Assembly (NCBI RefSeq): GCF_009914755.1
Contig: NC_060925.1
Origin: the human T2T-CHM13v2.0 reference genome, Homo sapiens
Strand: one strand, 5' to 3'
Length of the DNA: 64,000 nt
Shown: positions 1 to 12,894 of the stretch, piece after piece
How the letters are laid out: every line of letters starts with the position of its first letter
Numbering within the stretch: position 1 is the stretch's first letter
Notes under the pieces: model-generated
The model's database searches: none
What the model was told of the DNA's origin: nothing
Seen by the model: only the letters and a program-made list of their open reading frames with translations
Translations under genes and position numbers: made by a program

Positions 1-622
<622 letters not shown>

Positions 623-1206
623 ATCGCTTAATGTTTACTGTGAGCTTCCAAGCTTACTGAGTTCCAACATCTACTGAGCCTCATTCTGAGTGCGTGCAGT
701 ATCTGCCTGGGAAGCGGTGTTAGCATCCCCATTCAATAAATAAGGACGCTGAGATGCATAGGGACCACTTGCCAGAAGGCCACAGAGCTAAGAGGCAGCT
801 GAGCTGGGGCTGGGATGGAGGCCTCCTTACTCTCCCAACAGTGCTGTTTCCCCGGACCACACTCTCTCCCCACAAGTGTGAGGTGCCAATAGCCAAAGTG
901 GAGTGGTGAGATCTAGGCCAAGGGCACTGGTACCTAAAGGGGCAGGGCTGGACACCGAGGCACTGACGCCCAGCTCCCTACATTCCTGAGCCTTCCAGGG
1001 CCAAGTCTGCCCTCCAGATGCTTGGACCTAAAGGCACTGGCCATGGGACAAGCCTTACATAAGGCCTATGTGAGACAAACCTCGGATCATGGGACAAGTG
1101 GTTACAGATGGCAGCAAGAGGACAGGGGATATTTACTCCCACTCTGTCCTTAATCTAGAAAGACTTCTTAGCCAGAGTGGAACCTCAGGGACAAGAAGTA
1201 GACATA

Positions 1207-1452
1207 GTGCTGTATCATGGTTAAGATCATGGATTTTGGAGTCAGATAGATCTAGGTTTGAATCCAGTCTCTTCCTTGTACCTGCTGTGTGATCTTGGGC
1301 AAATTATTTAACCTCTCTGAGCCCAATTTCCTTATCTTTAAAAAAAAGAATGATGATGCCTTCCTCTCAGAATTTTTGTGAGCATTACATAAGGTAATAA
1401 ATGTAAATTACTTAGCTTCAGGACTGGCACATAGTAGATACACAATAAATAA
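1207..1452 (+). mobile_element. MIR, near full length
   Basis: ggttaag..tggagtcagatagatctaggtttgaatcc..tgtgtgatcttgggcaaattatttaacctctctgagcc..tggcacatagtag. Confidence 0.8.
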
Positions 1453-2092
1453 TAGTCAGATTAGAGCCTGGGGCTCACCCCCATGACCATGTGACACCAT
1501 GGGTGATCCCAGTTGGATCTAAGTTCCTTGGGGATCTCTGAATTCCTGATAGCATGTGGTGGCGTTGGCACATCCCAAGGCAGGTGTGTGCCCATCCTAG
1601 GATGGGGCTGCAGGTATTCCAGGTACCTACATCTGGGTCCCAGGCCAGTGCTTCTTGGGGGCTGGGGTGAGGATCAAAATAACAATGGCAGTGGTGGGGG
1701 TGGTGACAAGGAGGATGTCAGAGGTGATGAAGTCTTGTGGAACCCTAATCTGAGTCCTTCCCTCACCCCACCCCCACACTTTTAGTAAAAATTTCAACAC
1801 TGACTGAGCCATTGTTTGCACTGTTTTCAAAGCTTTACACGCATCGGCACATCAATCTTCCCAGTATCCCTGTGAGGTGGCTCTGTGCCATCCCCATTTT
1901 CAGATGAGGAAGCTGAGGCACAAGCAGGCAGAATGGCTTGCCCCAGATCCCATAGCTGTAAGTAGCAGATCCAAGATGCTAACTCAAGTCTGTCTGATTC
2001 TGGGGCCCAGACACCTGGTCTCCCAGAGCTGCCTCCTCAGCCCAGTATTCAAAAGTTCATGCCAACACTGCTCAGATTTTAAGAGTGGAATT

Positions 2093-2599
<507 letters not shown>

Positions 2600-3279
2600 C
2601 TAATTTGTCTGTGCCTCTAATTCCTCATCTGGGTAAATGGGGTTCATGATCATGCCTGGATCTCAGAGGTGTCCTGGAGGTTAAATTTTTAGATGTTTTT
2701 TAATGCTTGTAATGTGCTTATAATGTTGCCTGGTAGACAGCAAGCAATAGGGGCGTCCCAGGCTAGGTCTCAGCTATCAGGGCCATGTGGTTCTGGAAGG
2801 CAGAGGACACTTGGCTGAAATGGAGCCATCAGGGAGTGCAGAGACCCAGGCCATCAGCAAGGGCGTTGATGTCTCAGGATCTAAATTTTTCATTCCCACT
2901 CTACCTGCCAGGAAGCCCTGCTTGCCGGCTCCCTCTCCTCCACCCCTAGTCCAGGAGGCCACCAAGACCTGAGACTGCCTGAGAGTCCTAGAGAGCCCCA
3001 GATGCAAGGTTGCATGCTGATTTGGAGGCCCAAGATGTCAAGCCAGCCCCCAACTAATCTTTGTTTCTGAAGCCAGTGGAGCCCAGCTGCCCAGCCTTGG
3101 GGGGACCACAACCACGACAGAAACTGATTAAGTTGCTCTGCAAGTGTTTGCTGAGTGCCTATTGTGTGCCAGGCACTGTCCTTGGCACTGGAGATCAGGC
3201 TGCAAACAAAGTCTCTGCTCACATAGAGCTCACATCCTAGCAGAGTCAGTGGTGGGAAATTAAAAAAATAAACCAGTGT

Positions 3280-3615
3280 GGCCAGGCGTGGTGGCTCACG
3301 CCTGTAATCCCAGCATTTTGGGAGGCGAGGCGGGCGGATCACAAGGTCAGGAGATCGAGACCATCCTGGCTAACACGGTGAAACACCATCGCTACTAAAA
3401 AAAAAAAAAAAAAAACTACAAAAAATTAGCCGGGCGTGGTGGCAGGCACCTGTAGTCCCAGCTACCCAGGAGGCTGAGGCAGGAGAATGGCATGAACCCA
3501 GGAGGCGGAGCTTGCAGTTATCCGAGATCGCACCACTGTACTCCAGCCTGGGGAACAGAGCGAGACTCCGTCTCAAAAAAATAATAATAATAATAGATAA
3601 AAAATAAAAATAAAT
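3280..3615 (+). mobile_element. AluY with expanded A-rich linker
   Basis: Diagnostic gagatcgagaccatcctggctaacacggtg and ggagcttgcag; TSD aaataaac(c/g)agtgt. Confidence 0.92.
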
Positions 3616-4249
3616 AAATAAACGAGTGTGAGATTTAATATGATAATTTGAGGAACTGATAAGTATAGTGAAGAGAAACAGAATGAGTCAAAGGGTGGAG
3701 AGGGAGGAGGGAATCTTGGGAAAAGAAGATTGTAGACATCTGGAAAAACGACTTAAAAAGAACTAACTTTTCTGGTCTTCCACTAAACATTTGCTCAGGA
3801 AAGTGAACAGATTCAGGATATGTATAAAAACTGGATTCTTGGTAGGAAACCCTTTTGTAGAATCAAGAATCACTTGGTCAAATGCCCTTAAATGATAGCC
3901 AGTTATAGGCACGAGCTCAGTCTACCTTGTTAAACCCATGACAGAGCCTCTACCCTTCTAAGCCTCAGTTTCTTCAGCTGTAAAATGGGATCACAAGCCC
4001 CTACTGGTGGAGTGGTTAGCCAAGCTCAAGGAGATAGTCTGTGTGGAGCCTTCACACAGCCCCTCCCCAGCCGGGCACTCACTGTTCACTAAGCAACATT
4101 GTTGAGCGCCTGCTGGATACACTGCAATCCAGCGTCTCAGGACTTCTTCCTTCCCCAGGTCTGCCATCCCCCTTCATGCCCAGGTCTCAGTGGTGCCTGG
4201 CGCTAGGCTGGCCCGGCATCCCCAAGCAGGAAAGGGAAGCGGCTCCTTT

Positions 4250-4760
4250 AAGGCAGGCCCCAGCTGGGCCGCCTGGATATTGGAGCATGGACGAGATTAG
4301 GTGGCGGAGGCGCTGGCCGGGCCAGATGCGCCTGAGCGCGGCCTCGTTATGTATTCATGAGCTGTGAGGAAAAGAAATAAAAGGATTCATTATCGTCCAA
4401 ACTGTTACTAATGACATGTACCTGGAGCCCGTGCACCTCTGGAAATCTAATGCGACACACTCCGAGAGAAAATGTATTCCCGGGCTCGGCGCCGCGGCCG
4501 ACGGAAAATGTCCCCTCCCCGCCCTTCCTCATTGCCATTCACTCAGGGCGACATTTACAATTCTTCTGCCATTATGTCCGACCAGGGCCTCTGAGCCTCT
4601 GTCACGACCTGCACATTAGCTGAAAATTGGAAATTCCACAGCGTGGCCGTGGCCATGGCCGTGGCCGCGGTGGGCTGGGCCAGAGCAGGGCTCGGAAACC
4701 GAGAGGCACAAGGGACTGAGCAAGAGGGGCGCCCAGGGGCAAGGCGAATGGACAAGGGGA
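4250..4760. promoter_or_regulatory. CpG-rich, repeat-free candidate enhancer / conserved non-coding element
   Basis: High CpG density (e.g. ctcggcgccgcggccgacgg) around an AT-rich core with TAAT, TATGTATTCAT and TGACA motifs, plus GGAAATTCC. Function is inferred. Confidence 0.55.
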
Positions 4761-5019
4761 GGAACAGTGCTGCTGGCCTTTAGGGGTCCTGCTGGCTCCG
4801 ATCTGCCCCCAAGCTGGCCACCCACCATGCCAAGCCCAGCCTCGGGGTGCCCAGGGTGGCGACCCCAACCCCTTTTACCTCTTCACCTTTGCTCTCCCCC
4901 CACCCCTATCCTGCTCTGAAAGTCTGCTGCCTCCCACATAGCAATCCCAATCCTTTGCTCCCTTCAAAGACCCAGTAAAAATATTAACAACACAACAAGA
5001 GACATCCGTCTGAAGCTTA

Positions 5020-5225
5020 TTTTGCAAGATAAACCTGTCTCAGGTGCATTATAAAAGCATTGTCTCAACTGATCTTCACCACTACCCTGTGAGGTGAGTT
5101 CTATTCTGATCCCCATTTTACAGAGGAGAAAAACTCAGACTTGCAGAGTAAAGGGACTTGCCCACAGTCACGCAAGGAGAAAGGAACAGAGCTGGGATTT
5201 GCCCCCTGGCTGGAGTGATTCCAAG
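5020..5225 (-). mobile_element. MIR
   Basis: ccccattttacagaggagaaaa..aagggacttgcccacagtcac..agagctgggattt. Confidence 0.7.
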
Positions 5226-5609
5226 ACTTGGGCCTTGTCCTAGCACCACATGGGAACTCCAGGCTCCAGGCTCAGCTCCTCCAAGAAGGCTTCCCAGGCA
5301 GGTCTCTGCCTATTGAAGTTAAATCCTTGGGATGGGAGCCTCTGGGCTCCCATGTGACAAACTATGGGCCTCTGTTTAATGCACCTTCCTGGGAAAGACA
5401 CAGCTGCCCATCCAGACTGCTGTGCCCCAGAAGGCAGGTGCCCATCACCTGAACCTTCTGTGTCTGCTTGCAATGTTTATCACTCAGTACGTGCATAGCT
5501 AAGTCCTGTGGAGTATACGTCTGTCCCATGTGGCTTCAGAGGCAGAGCTGGGATGGAATGGGGCACCCAGGGAAAGCGGATTTGGGCCTTATCCAAGGAA
5601 GAGCTTTTA

Positions 5610-6127
5610 GTAGAAAGGACAAATAAAAAACAGTATTTCAAATAGAAAATGAATAGTGTATTAGTCCATTTTCACGCTGCTATAAAGAAATGCCTGAGAC
5701 TGGGTGATTTATAAAGGAAAGAGGTTTAATTGATTCACAATTCAGCATGGCTGGGGAGGCCTCAGGAAACTTACAGTCATGGTGGAAGGTGAAGAGGAAG
5801 CAAGACACCTTCTTCATAAGGCGAAGGAGGAACTTCCAAGCACTTATAAAACCATCAGATCTCGCGAGCGCTCCCTCACCATCATGAGAACAGCATAGGA
5901 GAATCACCCCCATGATCCAAATCGCCTCCCTCCTTTGACAGGTTAGGATTACAAGTTCCCCCCCTTGACATGTGGGGATTACAATTCGAGATGAGATTTG
6001 GGTGGGGACACAGGCCAAACCATATCAAATAGCTTTTCAGTGTAAATATATCTCAAATATCATTGTTTATTTGAAATTCAAATTAACTGGGTGTCCTGTC
6101 TTTTGATTTGCTAAATCTGGTAGTCCA
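5610..6127. mobile_element. MER53-like DNA transposon remnant split by the MaLR LTR
   Basis: ttgtttatttgaaattcaaattaactgggtgtcctgt..aaatctgg right of the LTR and a degenerate partner to its left. Confidence 0.55.
5657..6027 (-). mobile_element. MaLR solo LTR (MST/THE1 group)
   Basis: tgtattagtcc...ccaaaccatatca termini with 5-bp TSD AATAG (5652-5656 / 6028-6032). Confidence 0.9.
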
Positions 6128-6239
6128 AGCTTGGAGATACCCCAAGCAAACCCACAATGGGCCTGACTCACCTAGGAGATTTGGGGTCAGTGCCCCAGGC
6201 CACTAGATCCTGAACTCTTAGAAACATCAGCCAGAGATT

Positions 6240-6612
6240 CTATTCCCCAGACTTCCTTTCGTCTAAGTGTGGTCACATGACTAAGTTCTGGTCAGCGGAA
6301 TGCGAGTAAAAGTGATACCAGACCCTTCTGGTTAAAAGGAAAGGACAGACATTTATCTTGCCCTTTCCCCCTTCCTGCTTGCTGGGTTGCAGAAGAAATG
6401 GCAGGAACTGCAGCAGCTATCTTTGACCCAGAGGTAGAAGCCACATGTTGAGGATGACACAGTTGTCCCTAGTAGGCCTGGACCACTTACCTCTGGAGTG
6501 TTATTCAAGGTAAAACAAACAAATAAATAAACAAAAAAGAGCTAATTGTTTAAGCCACTGTATGGTTGGGTTTATTTGTTCTAGTAGCTTTGACTGTACC
6601 CCTAACTAACAC
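6240..6612 (+). mobile_element. Old MLT1 (J/K-like) LTR
   Basis: gtggtcacatgactaagttctggtc..gtttaagccactg..cctaactaacaca. Confidence 0.65.
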
Positions 6613-6962
6613 ATTCTCCCACCAAAATGTCAGCCCCCAGGAAGGTGAGGACTTAATCATTCAATGTGCTAACACCAACACGTGTCACCAAGTAGATCCT
6701 CAATAAATGCTTATTGAACAAATAAATGAATGAATGGCCTAGATGACCTCTGAGAGTAAATAAACAAACAGCTGACTAATTAATTATACTAACTAGCAAT
6801 TACTGAATGCTCACAAAATTTTCTTATAACCATTGACTCCTTCAATCCTCACAACCCTATGATGTAGGAACCATTCACATCCCCACTTTATAAATGAGGA
6901 CACTAAGGTGGCTTGGCCTGGTTTAGAGAGCAGGTGAGTGATGGAGCCAGGGTGCAGTCTGG

Positions 6963-7343
6963 CTCTGGGGCCCTCTCGCTTAACCTTCTCTCCTGCCTCT
7001 CTTTAGAAAAAGCGATGAGCCAGTGGGTGAATGAAAGGGCAACTCTCTAACTTTGTTTATTCAGCAAATCTTTTACTGAGTGTGACATGTACCCGGAGCC
7101 TGAGCACCTCTAGAAATCTAATCTAGGGCACTGTTCTAGAAGCTGGGAATTTAGCAATAAACAAGACAAACAAAAATCCATACCTACAGTGCTTATATCC
7201 TAGCTGGGCAGACAGGCAATAAACAAGATAAACAAGCCAAATGGATAGTGTTACTATAGAATTCTGTTTATATGAAGTTCAAGAACAAGCAAAACTAATC
7301 CATGGGGACAGAAATCACGGCAGTGGTTGCCCTCGGAAGGAGG
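6963..7343 (+). repeat. Local direct duplication, copy 1 (~380 bp MIR/unique/L2/L1 mosaic)
   Basis: Co-linear with 9577-9956, including long identical runs such as ctgttctagaagctgggaatttagcaataaacaagacaaacaaaaatccatacc. Confidence 0.92.
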
Positions 7344-7417
7344 ATTGGAGGAAGGGGCTCTCTGGGGTGGTGGAAATATTGTTTATCTTGTTTGGATATT
7401 GGTAACATAGAGGTAGC

Positions 7418-7700
7418 TTTTTTTTTTTTGAGATGGAATCTCGCTCTGTTGCCCAGGCTGGAGTGCAGTGGTGCCATCTCAGCTCACTGCGACCTCCACC
7501 TCCTGGGTTCATGCCTCAGCCTCCCAAGTAGCTGGGATTACAGGTGTCCGCCACCTTGCCCAGCTAATTTTAGTATTTTTAGTAGAGATGAGGTTTCACA
7601 GTGTTGGCCAGGCTGGTCTCAAACTCCTGACCTCAGATGATCCGTCTGCCTCAGCCTCCCAAAGTGCTGGGATTACACAAGTGAGCCACCGTGCCCAGCC
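7418..7700 (-). mobile_element. AluS-type element
   Basis: Poly-T, then gagatggaatctcgctctgttgcccaggctgg ... gagccaccgtgcccagcc; TSD gaggtag. Confidence 0.92.
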
Positions 7701-7904
7701 GGAGGTAGATATTTACCAAAACTTGTCAAACTTTATATGTAAGGCCTGTGCATCTTACTGTATGTATATAAAGTAAACCTCAGTCGAGAATCAGTAAAAT
7801 CAATATGTATAGAAAATAGATATAATATTGGGTGGTTCTAAATACTAGGGAGAAAATAAGAAGAAAACCAAGGTAGGGTAGGGAGATTTTACATAGAGTG
7901 TCAT

Positions 7905-8145
7905 GGAAGGAAGGAAGGAAGGAAGGAAGGAAGGAAGGAAGGAAGGAAGGAAGGAGGGAGGGAGGGAGGGAGGGAGGGAGGGAGGGAGGGAGGGAGGGAG
8001 GGAGGGAGGGAAGGAGGGAAGGAGGGAAAAAGGGAGGAAAAGAGAGAGGGAGGCAGGGGAGGAGGGAGGGAGAGAAAGGGGGAGGGAAAGAAAGAGGGAG
8101 GGAGAGAAAGAGAGAGGAAGAGAAGGGGGAGGGAGGGAGGGAGGG
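7905..8145 (+). repeat. (GGAA)12(GGAG)14 microsatellite followed by a degenerate GA-rich tract
   Basis: Counted directly: GGAA x12 at 7905-7952, GGAG x14 at 7953-8008. Confidence 0.95.
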
Positions 8146-8845
8146 ATGGGCAAATGAGGGAGTAAAAGCCACGTCTTGTCCAGAAAGGAGCACTCCCGGT
8201 GAACAGGGATTCATGCTCCCAGAGCTCCAAGCCCTGGGGAATCAGGCTTCTCCAGTGTGGGAGGGGCAGTGGTGGTGTCTGTTTGAGAACAGCCTCTTGC
8301 ATGGAGTCCTGCTAAGGAGTAGTTTGAGGACAAACCCTAAATCCCAGGGTCTAGGAGATAGAAATCACGGGGCAGACAGACTACTCTGCTAATTAAAGAA
8401 AAGGAGATGTCCCTTAACTCTGCTCACCCTGCCCCCAACCCTAATGTCTCTACCAGCACATTTCCCACCCACCCCAGCCTCCCTACCTCCAACAATAACT
8501 GGACATCCCAAAAAACAGCAGTGGGAATTGGAAATCCATATGCGAAAAAAAAAATCGAAACCCTCCTTCACACCATACACAGAACATCATTCCACATGGA
8601 TTGCAGATCTAAATGTGGAAGGTAAAACAGTAAAACTTTACAGTAAAACAGAACATCTCTATGACCTTGAAGCAGGCAGAAATTTCTTCTAAAATGTGCT
8701 ATCTATCAAAAAAAAAATCTAAATTAGGCTATGTTAAAATTAGGAGCTGCTGTTCATCAAACAATATCATTAGGAAGGTGAAAATGCAACCTAGAGAAAA
8801 ATAAGATATTTGAATATATTTGACAAGGGACTCATATCCATTATG

Positions 8846-9157
8846 TTTCTTTTTTTTCTTTTTCTTTTTTTTTTTGAGACGGAGTCTCGCACTGTAGCCC
8901 AGGCTAGAGTGCAGTGGCACGATCTCGGCTCACTGCAAGCTCTGCCTCCTGGGTTCACGCCATTCTCCTGCCTCAGCCTCCTGAGTAGCTGGGACTACAG
9001 GTGCCCGCCAACACGCCCAGCTAAATTTTTTGTACTTTTAGTACAGACGGGGTCTCACCATGTTAGCCAGGATGGTCTTGATCTCCTGACCTCGTGATAC
9101 GCCCACCTCGGCCTCCCAAAGTGCTGGGATTACAGGCATGAGCCACTGCGCCTGGCC
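8846..9157 (-). mobile_element. AluY inside the L1M
   Basis: gcaagctctgcctcctgggttcacgccattctcc and ttagccaggatggtcttgatctcc; TSD ccattat. Confidence 0.92.
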
Positions 9158-9576
9158 CCATTATATATCTTAAAAAGTTTTTCTACTAATAAATGTGAAA
9201 AAAATAAACCCATAGAAATATGGTCAAGAGTTTGGAACAGATACTTGAAAAAAGAAAACACCCAAATGGCTAATTAACATGAAAAGATACTCAATGTCAC
9301 TAATCATTAAGGAAATGCAAATTAAAACTACATATCAGAATGAGGACACAGGAAAAGATACTAAGTACTGTTGAGGATGTGGTGGAGCTCTTCGTGCTCT
9401 GCTATTAGGGCTTGAACTGGCATGATCACTTCAGAAAACTGTTTTGCAGTGTCTGTAAAGGTGAATGTGTGCCTTCCCTATGGCTCACCAGTGCCACTCC
9501 TAAGTACATATTCAACAGGTGTGCTTATGCCTTTTGCAACAATGCTCGTGGCTATTTATGGAGCCCCAAACCAAAA

Positions 9577-9956
9577 CTCCAGGCCCCTCTTGCTTAATGT
9601 TCTCTCCTGCCTCTCTTAGAAGAAACGATGAGCCAGTGGGTGAATGAAATGGCAACTCTATAACTTTATTTATTCAACAAATCTTTTACCGAGTATGACA
9701 TGTATCTACAGCCTGAGCACCTCTGGAAGTCTAATCTAGGTCACTGTTCTAGAAGCTGGGAATTTAGCAATAAACAAGACAAACAAAAATCCATACCCAC
9801 AGTGCTTATATCCTAGTTGGGCAGACAGGCAATAAACAAGATAAACAAGTCAAATGGATAGTGTTACTGTAGGATTCCATTTATATGAAGTTCAAGAACA
9901 AGCAAAACTAATCCATGGGGATATAAATCAGGGCAGTGTTTGCTTTCAGAAGGAAG
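9577..9956 (+). repeat. Local direct duplication, copy 2 (inside an L1M 3' end)
   Basis: Co-linear with 6963-7343; L1 3' sequence resumes on both sides. Confidence 0.92.
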
Positions 9957-10715
9957 GGACATATTTAAATGTCCCTCAAGAGTAGAACAGATCAAGAAAC
10001 TGAGACTTATTCATGCAACAGAATAGAATACTACAAGACACTGAGAATCAGTAAATGAAGATCAACTAGCCATACGCAACAGCAGGTCAAGTAGAAGAAG
10101 CCACGCACAAAACAGAATGTGTTGTGTGATTCCATGTATAGGAAAGCGGCCATTTTTGAGGGGCGGTGACTGGCAGGAGGGATCGGGGAGGTTCGGGAAA
10201 CCAGTGATGTTCTATTTCTTGACCTGGATGCTGGCTTCCCAGGTGCACTTACCTGGGGAAACATTTTCCAGCTGCATGCCTACAATTTGTGCTCTTTTCT
10301 GTGCTTAGGATGTAAAGCAATACAAAATTTTAGAAAAAGACAACTTTAAAATAAAAATCTGTTGCTTACAGCAGGGGCTCAGCTCGCCAGCTCCTTGACA
10401 TCCTGAAGTGACAACTACTTGTCCACCCTTAGTTGCTGAGCTTTTAATGAGAACTGCCTTTCTTTGTGGTTAGGTGTGTGTTTTTCTGAGAATGGCTTTT
10501 TCCTCTTTTCTGTGATTTGTGAGAGAAAGATAGAGAGAGGGAGAGACGGAGCGCTGTCAGAAAACTCCTGTAACATAGGATCAAGACACTTTTGGCCAGG
10601 GAGGGATAAATAGGGTTCTCATTCCACATACCCCATGCTTTGGAAATCACAGATCTGATTAAATTTTCCACCCCAAAATTTATGTTGCTTATCCATCAGC
10701 ATAAAGAGGTGCTCA

Positions 10716-11117
<402 letters not shown>

Positions 11118-11282
11118 TTATCCCCTCTAGGGGAAGCCTGACCTGCCACTGAGGAGCTCCAGTTGGCAAAGGCTGCCCTTAATGGAACCCTTGTTCTCCT
11201 CTCCATCCTCCTCTTCCCATTTCTCCAACCTTCCTTCAGTATAAACCTCCCCCAAAGGGCATGGGTCCCAGCTGTCCACCCC

Positions 11283-11286
<4 letters not shown>

Positions 11287-11338
<52 letters not shown>
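11287..11338 (+). repeat. (CA)15(GA)11 compound microsatellite
   Basis: Read directly. Confidence 0.95.
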
Positions 11339-11339
<1 letters not shown>

Positions 11340-11531
11340 GTTCCCTGTTAGAACCAAGGAAGGAGGGGAGATCCGCTCATGCCTGTGAGTGGGGAAAGAA
11401 AGGAAAAGATAATCTGAGACCACATTGTGCATTCATTCATTCATTCACTTACTCGTTTATTCACTTATCAGTTAACCTCTTGGCTCCCCTTCCTGGGCAG
11501 ATCTTGAGCTAAGCATTAAGACCTGAAAGGA

Positions 11532-11823
11532 GGCCAGGTACAGTGGTTCATGCCTTTAACCCCAGCACTTGGAAGGCCGAGGTGGGAGTAACACTTGAGG
11601 CCAGAAGTTCAAGACTAGCCCGGGGAAGATAAGTGAGACCCTGTCTCTACAAAACAAAAAAGAAATTAGCCCTGCATGGTTGTGCATGTACCTGTAGTTC
11701 CAGCTACTCAGGAGGCTGAGGCAGGAGGATCACTTGAGCCCAGGAGTTGGAGGTTACAGTGAACTATGGTCCTGCCACTGCACTCCAGCCTGGGCAGCAG
11801 AGCCAGACCCTGTCTCAAAAAAA
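11532..11823 (+). mobile_element. AluJ-type element
   Basis: Diverged dimer, ggatcacttgagcccaggagttggaggttacagtga, A tail. Confidence 0.88.
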
Positions 11824-12363
11824 GATAACCATGATGAATAAGAAATCACTTTTGCCCTCAAGGAGCTTCCAGTTCGGTGGGGGTCAGGCTGACATGTAAG
11901 AATATCTGTGCATTACCTGGGCTGCACTTGAATCCAGGAAGGTGGTTGATGGGGAGTGGCGGGACCTGGAGCTGATATTTCTCTCCCAGCATCCCCCCAC
12001 CCCACGTCTAAAGAGGAAAGAGATTCATAAACAAATGGTCACCGACCATGCAGATGCTTGCTGGGCTGGTGAAAATAATAGTGCTAATAATAATAGTAGC
12101 AGTTTTTCAAGCAACTAATCTTCAATGCTATTATTATCTTCCAGTTTACAGATGAGGAAGCTGAGAGGTTAAGTCACATGGCTCAGGACACGCACTGCTA
12201 ATGGGAAAGGAAATGAGATTCAAACCTGTAATCGTCTGACCTAATGACCAAGGTGCCTCCTTGGAGAGGAGTATGGGAGCATGGAAGGAGGACACCCACT
12301 CTGACCTTGGAGGCTAAGGAAGGCTTCCTGGAGGCAGTGGCCCTTGATCTTGTTCTTGAACGA

Positions 12364-12894
12364 TGTTGAAAGACTGAATATACAAATGGACAATGGCCAG
12401 ACCATATATGAAGATAGAACTTAGCCCGCAACCCACAGCACCCTGCCCAAGAAACAAACTCCCTCATCTGCAAAAGAAAAAACAACCCAGGAAACCAGCC
12501 TGCTGGAAGTCACACATGCTATCTCTAGGGACAATCCAGAAAGCTAAACAATAACTTCTATAACAATAGACCCAAAATGGTCAGGCCCTGATTAATAACT
12601 GACAGCTTCCCTAATTTTTGTTCCTGTATCCAACTTACAACCAGAGAAAGCCAAATGTGCACCCCTAATCAATCACACGGGATGCCCCGCTTCTAGTTAG
12701 CCACCTCCAGCCTCCCCATGCCCATGGCCTCCCATCGGGCCACACCCGAGGCTTCTCTTCCCTCACCACCCCACCGCTCCTCTCTTTGAATCTCAGCCAA
12801 AACACAAGTGATGGAGGCTGACTCCTTTGCTACAGCAAGCTCAGAATAAATAGCCTTTGCTTTTCTCATTGGGTCAGTCTTCTTTATTTCCACA
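12364..12894 (+). mobile_element. ERV solo LTR (MER54-like; family uncertain) splitting an L2
   Basis: TG...CA ends, ~530 bp, AATAAA at ~12846; L2 sequence continues on both sides (ttgaacgatg | gtaggagtttgccagg). Confidence 0.6.

Larger units (their letters stand above)
8480..10340 (+). mobile_element. Old L1M (ME-like) ORF2 end / 3' region, fragmented
   Basis: cttcacaccatacac..gatctaaatgt..aaaagatactcaatgtcactaatcattaaggaaatgcaaattaaaac..tgtgattccatgtatag. Confidence 0.75.

Noticed and set aside
7780-8392. EGGR/PPSL repeat ORFs
   Set aside because: Translation of the GGAA/GGAG microsatellite.
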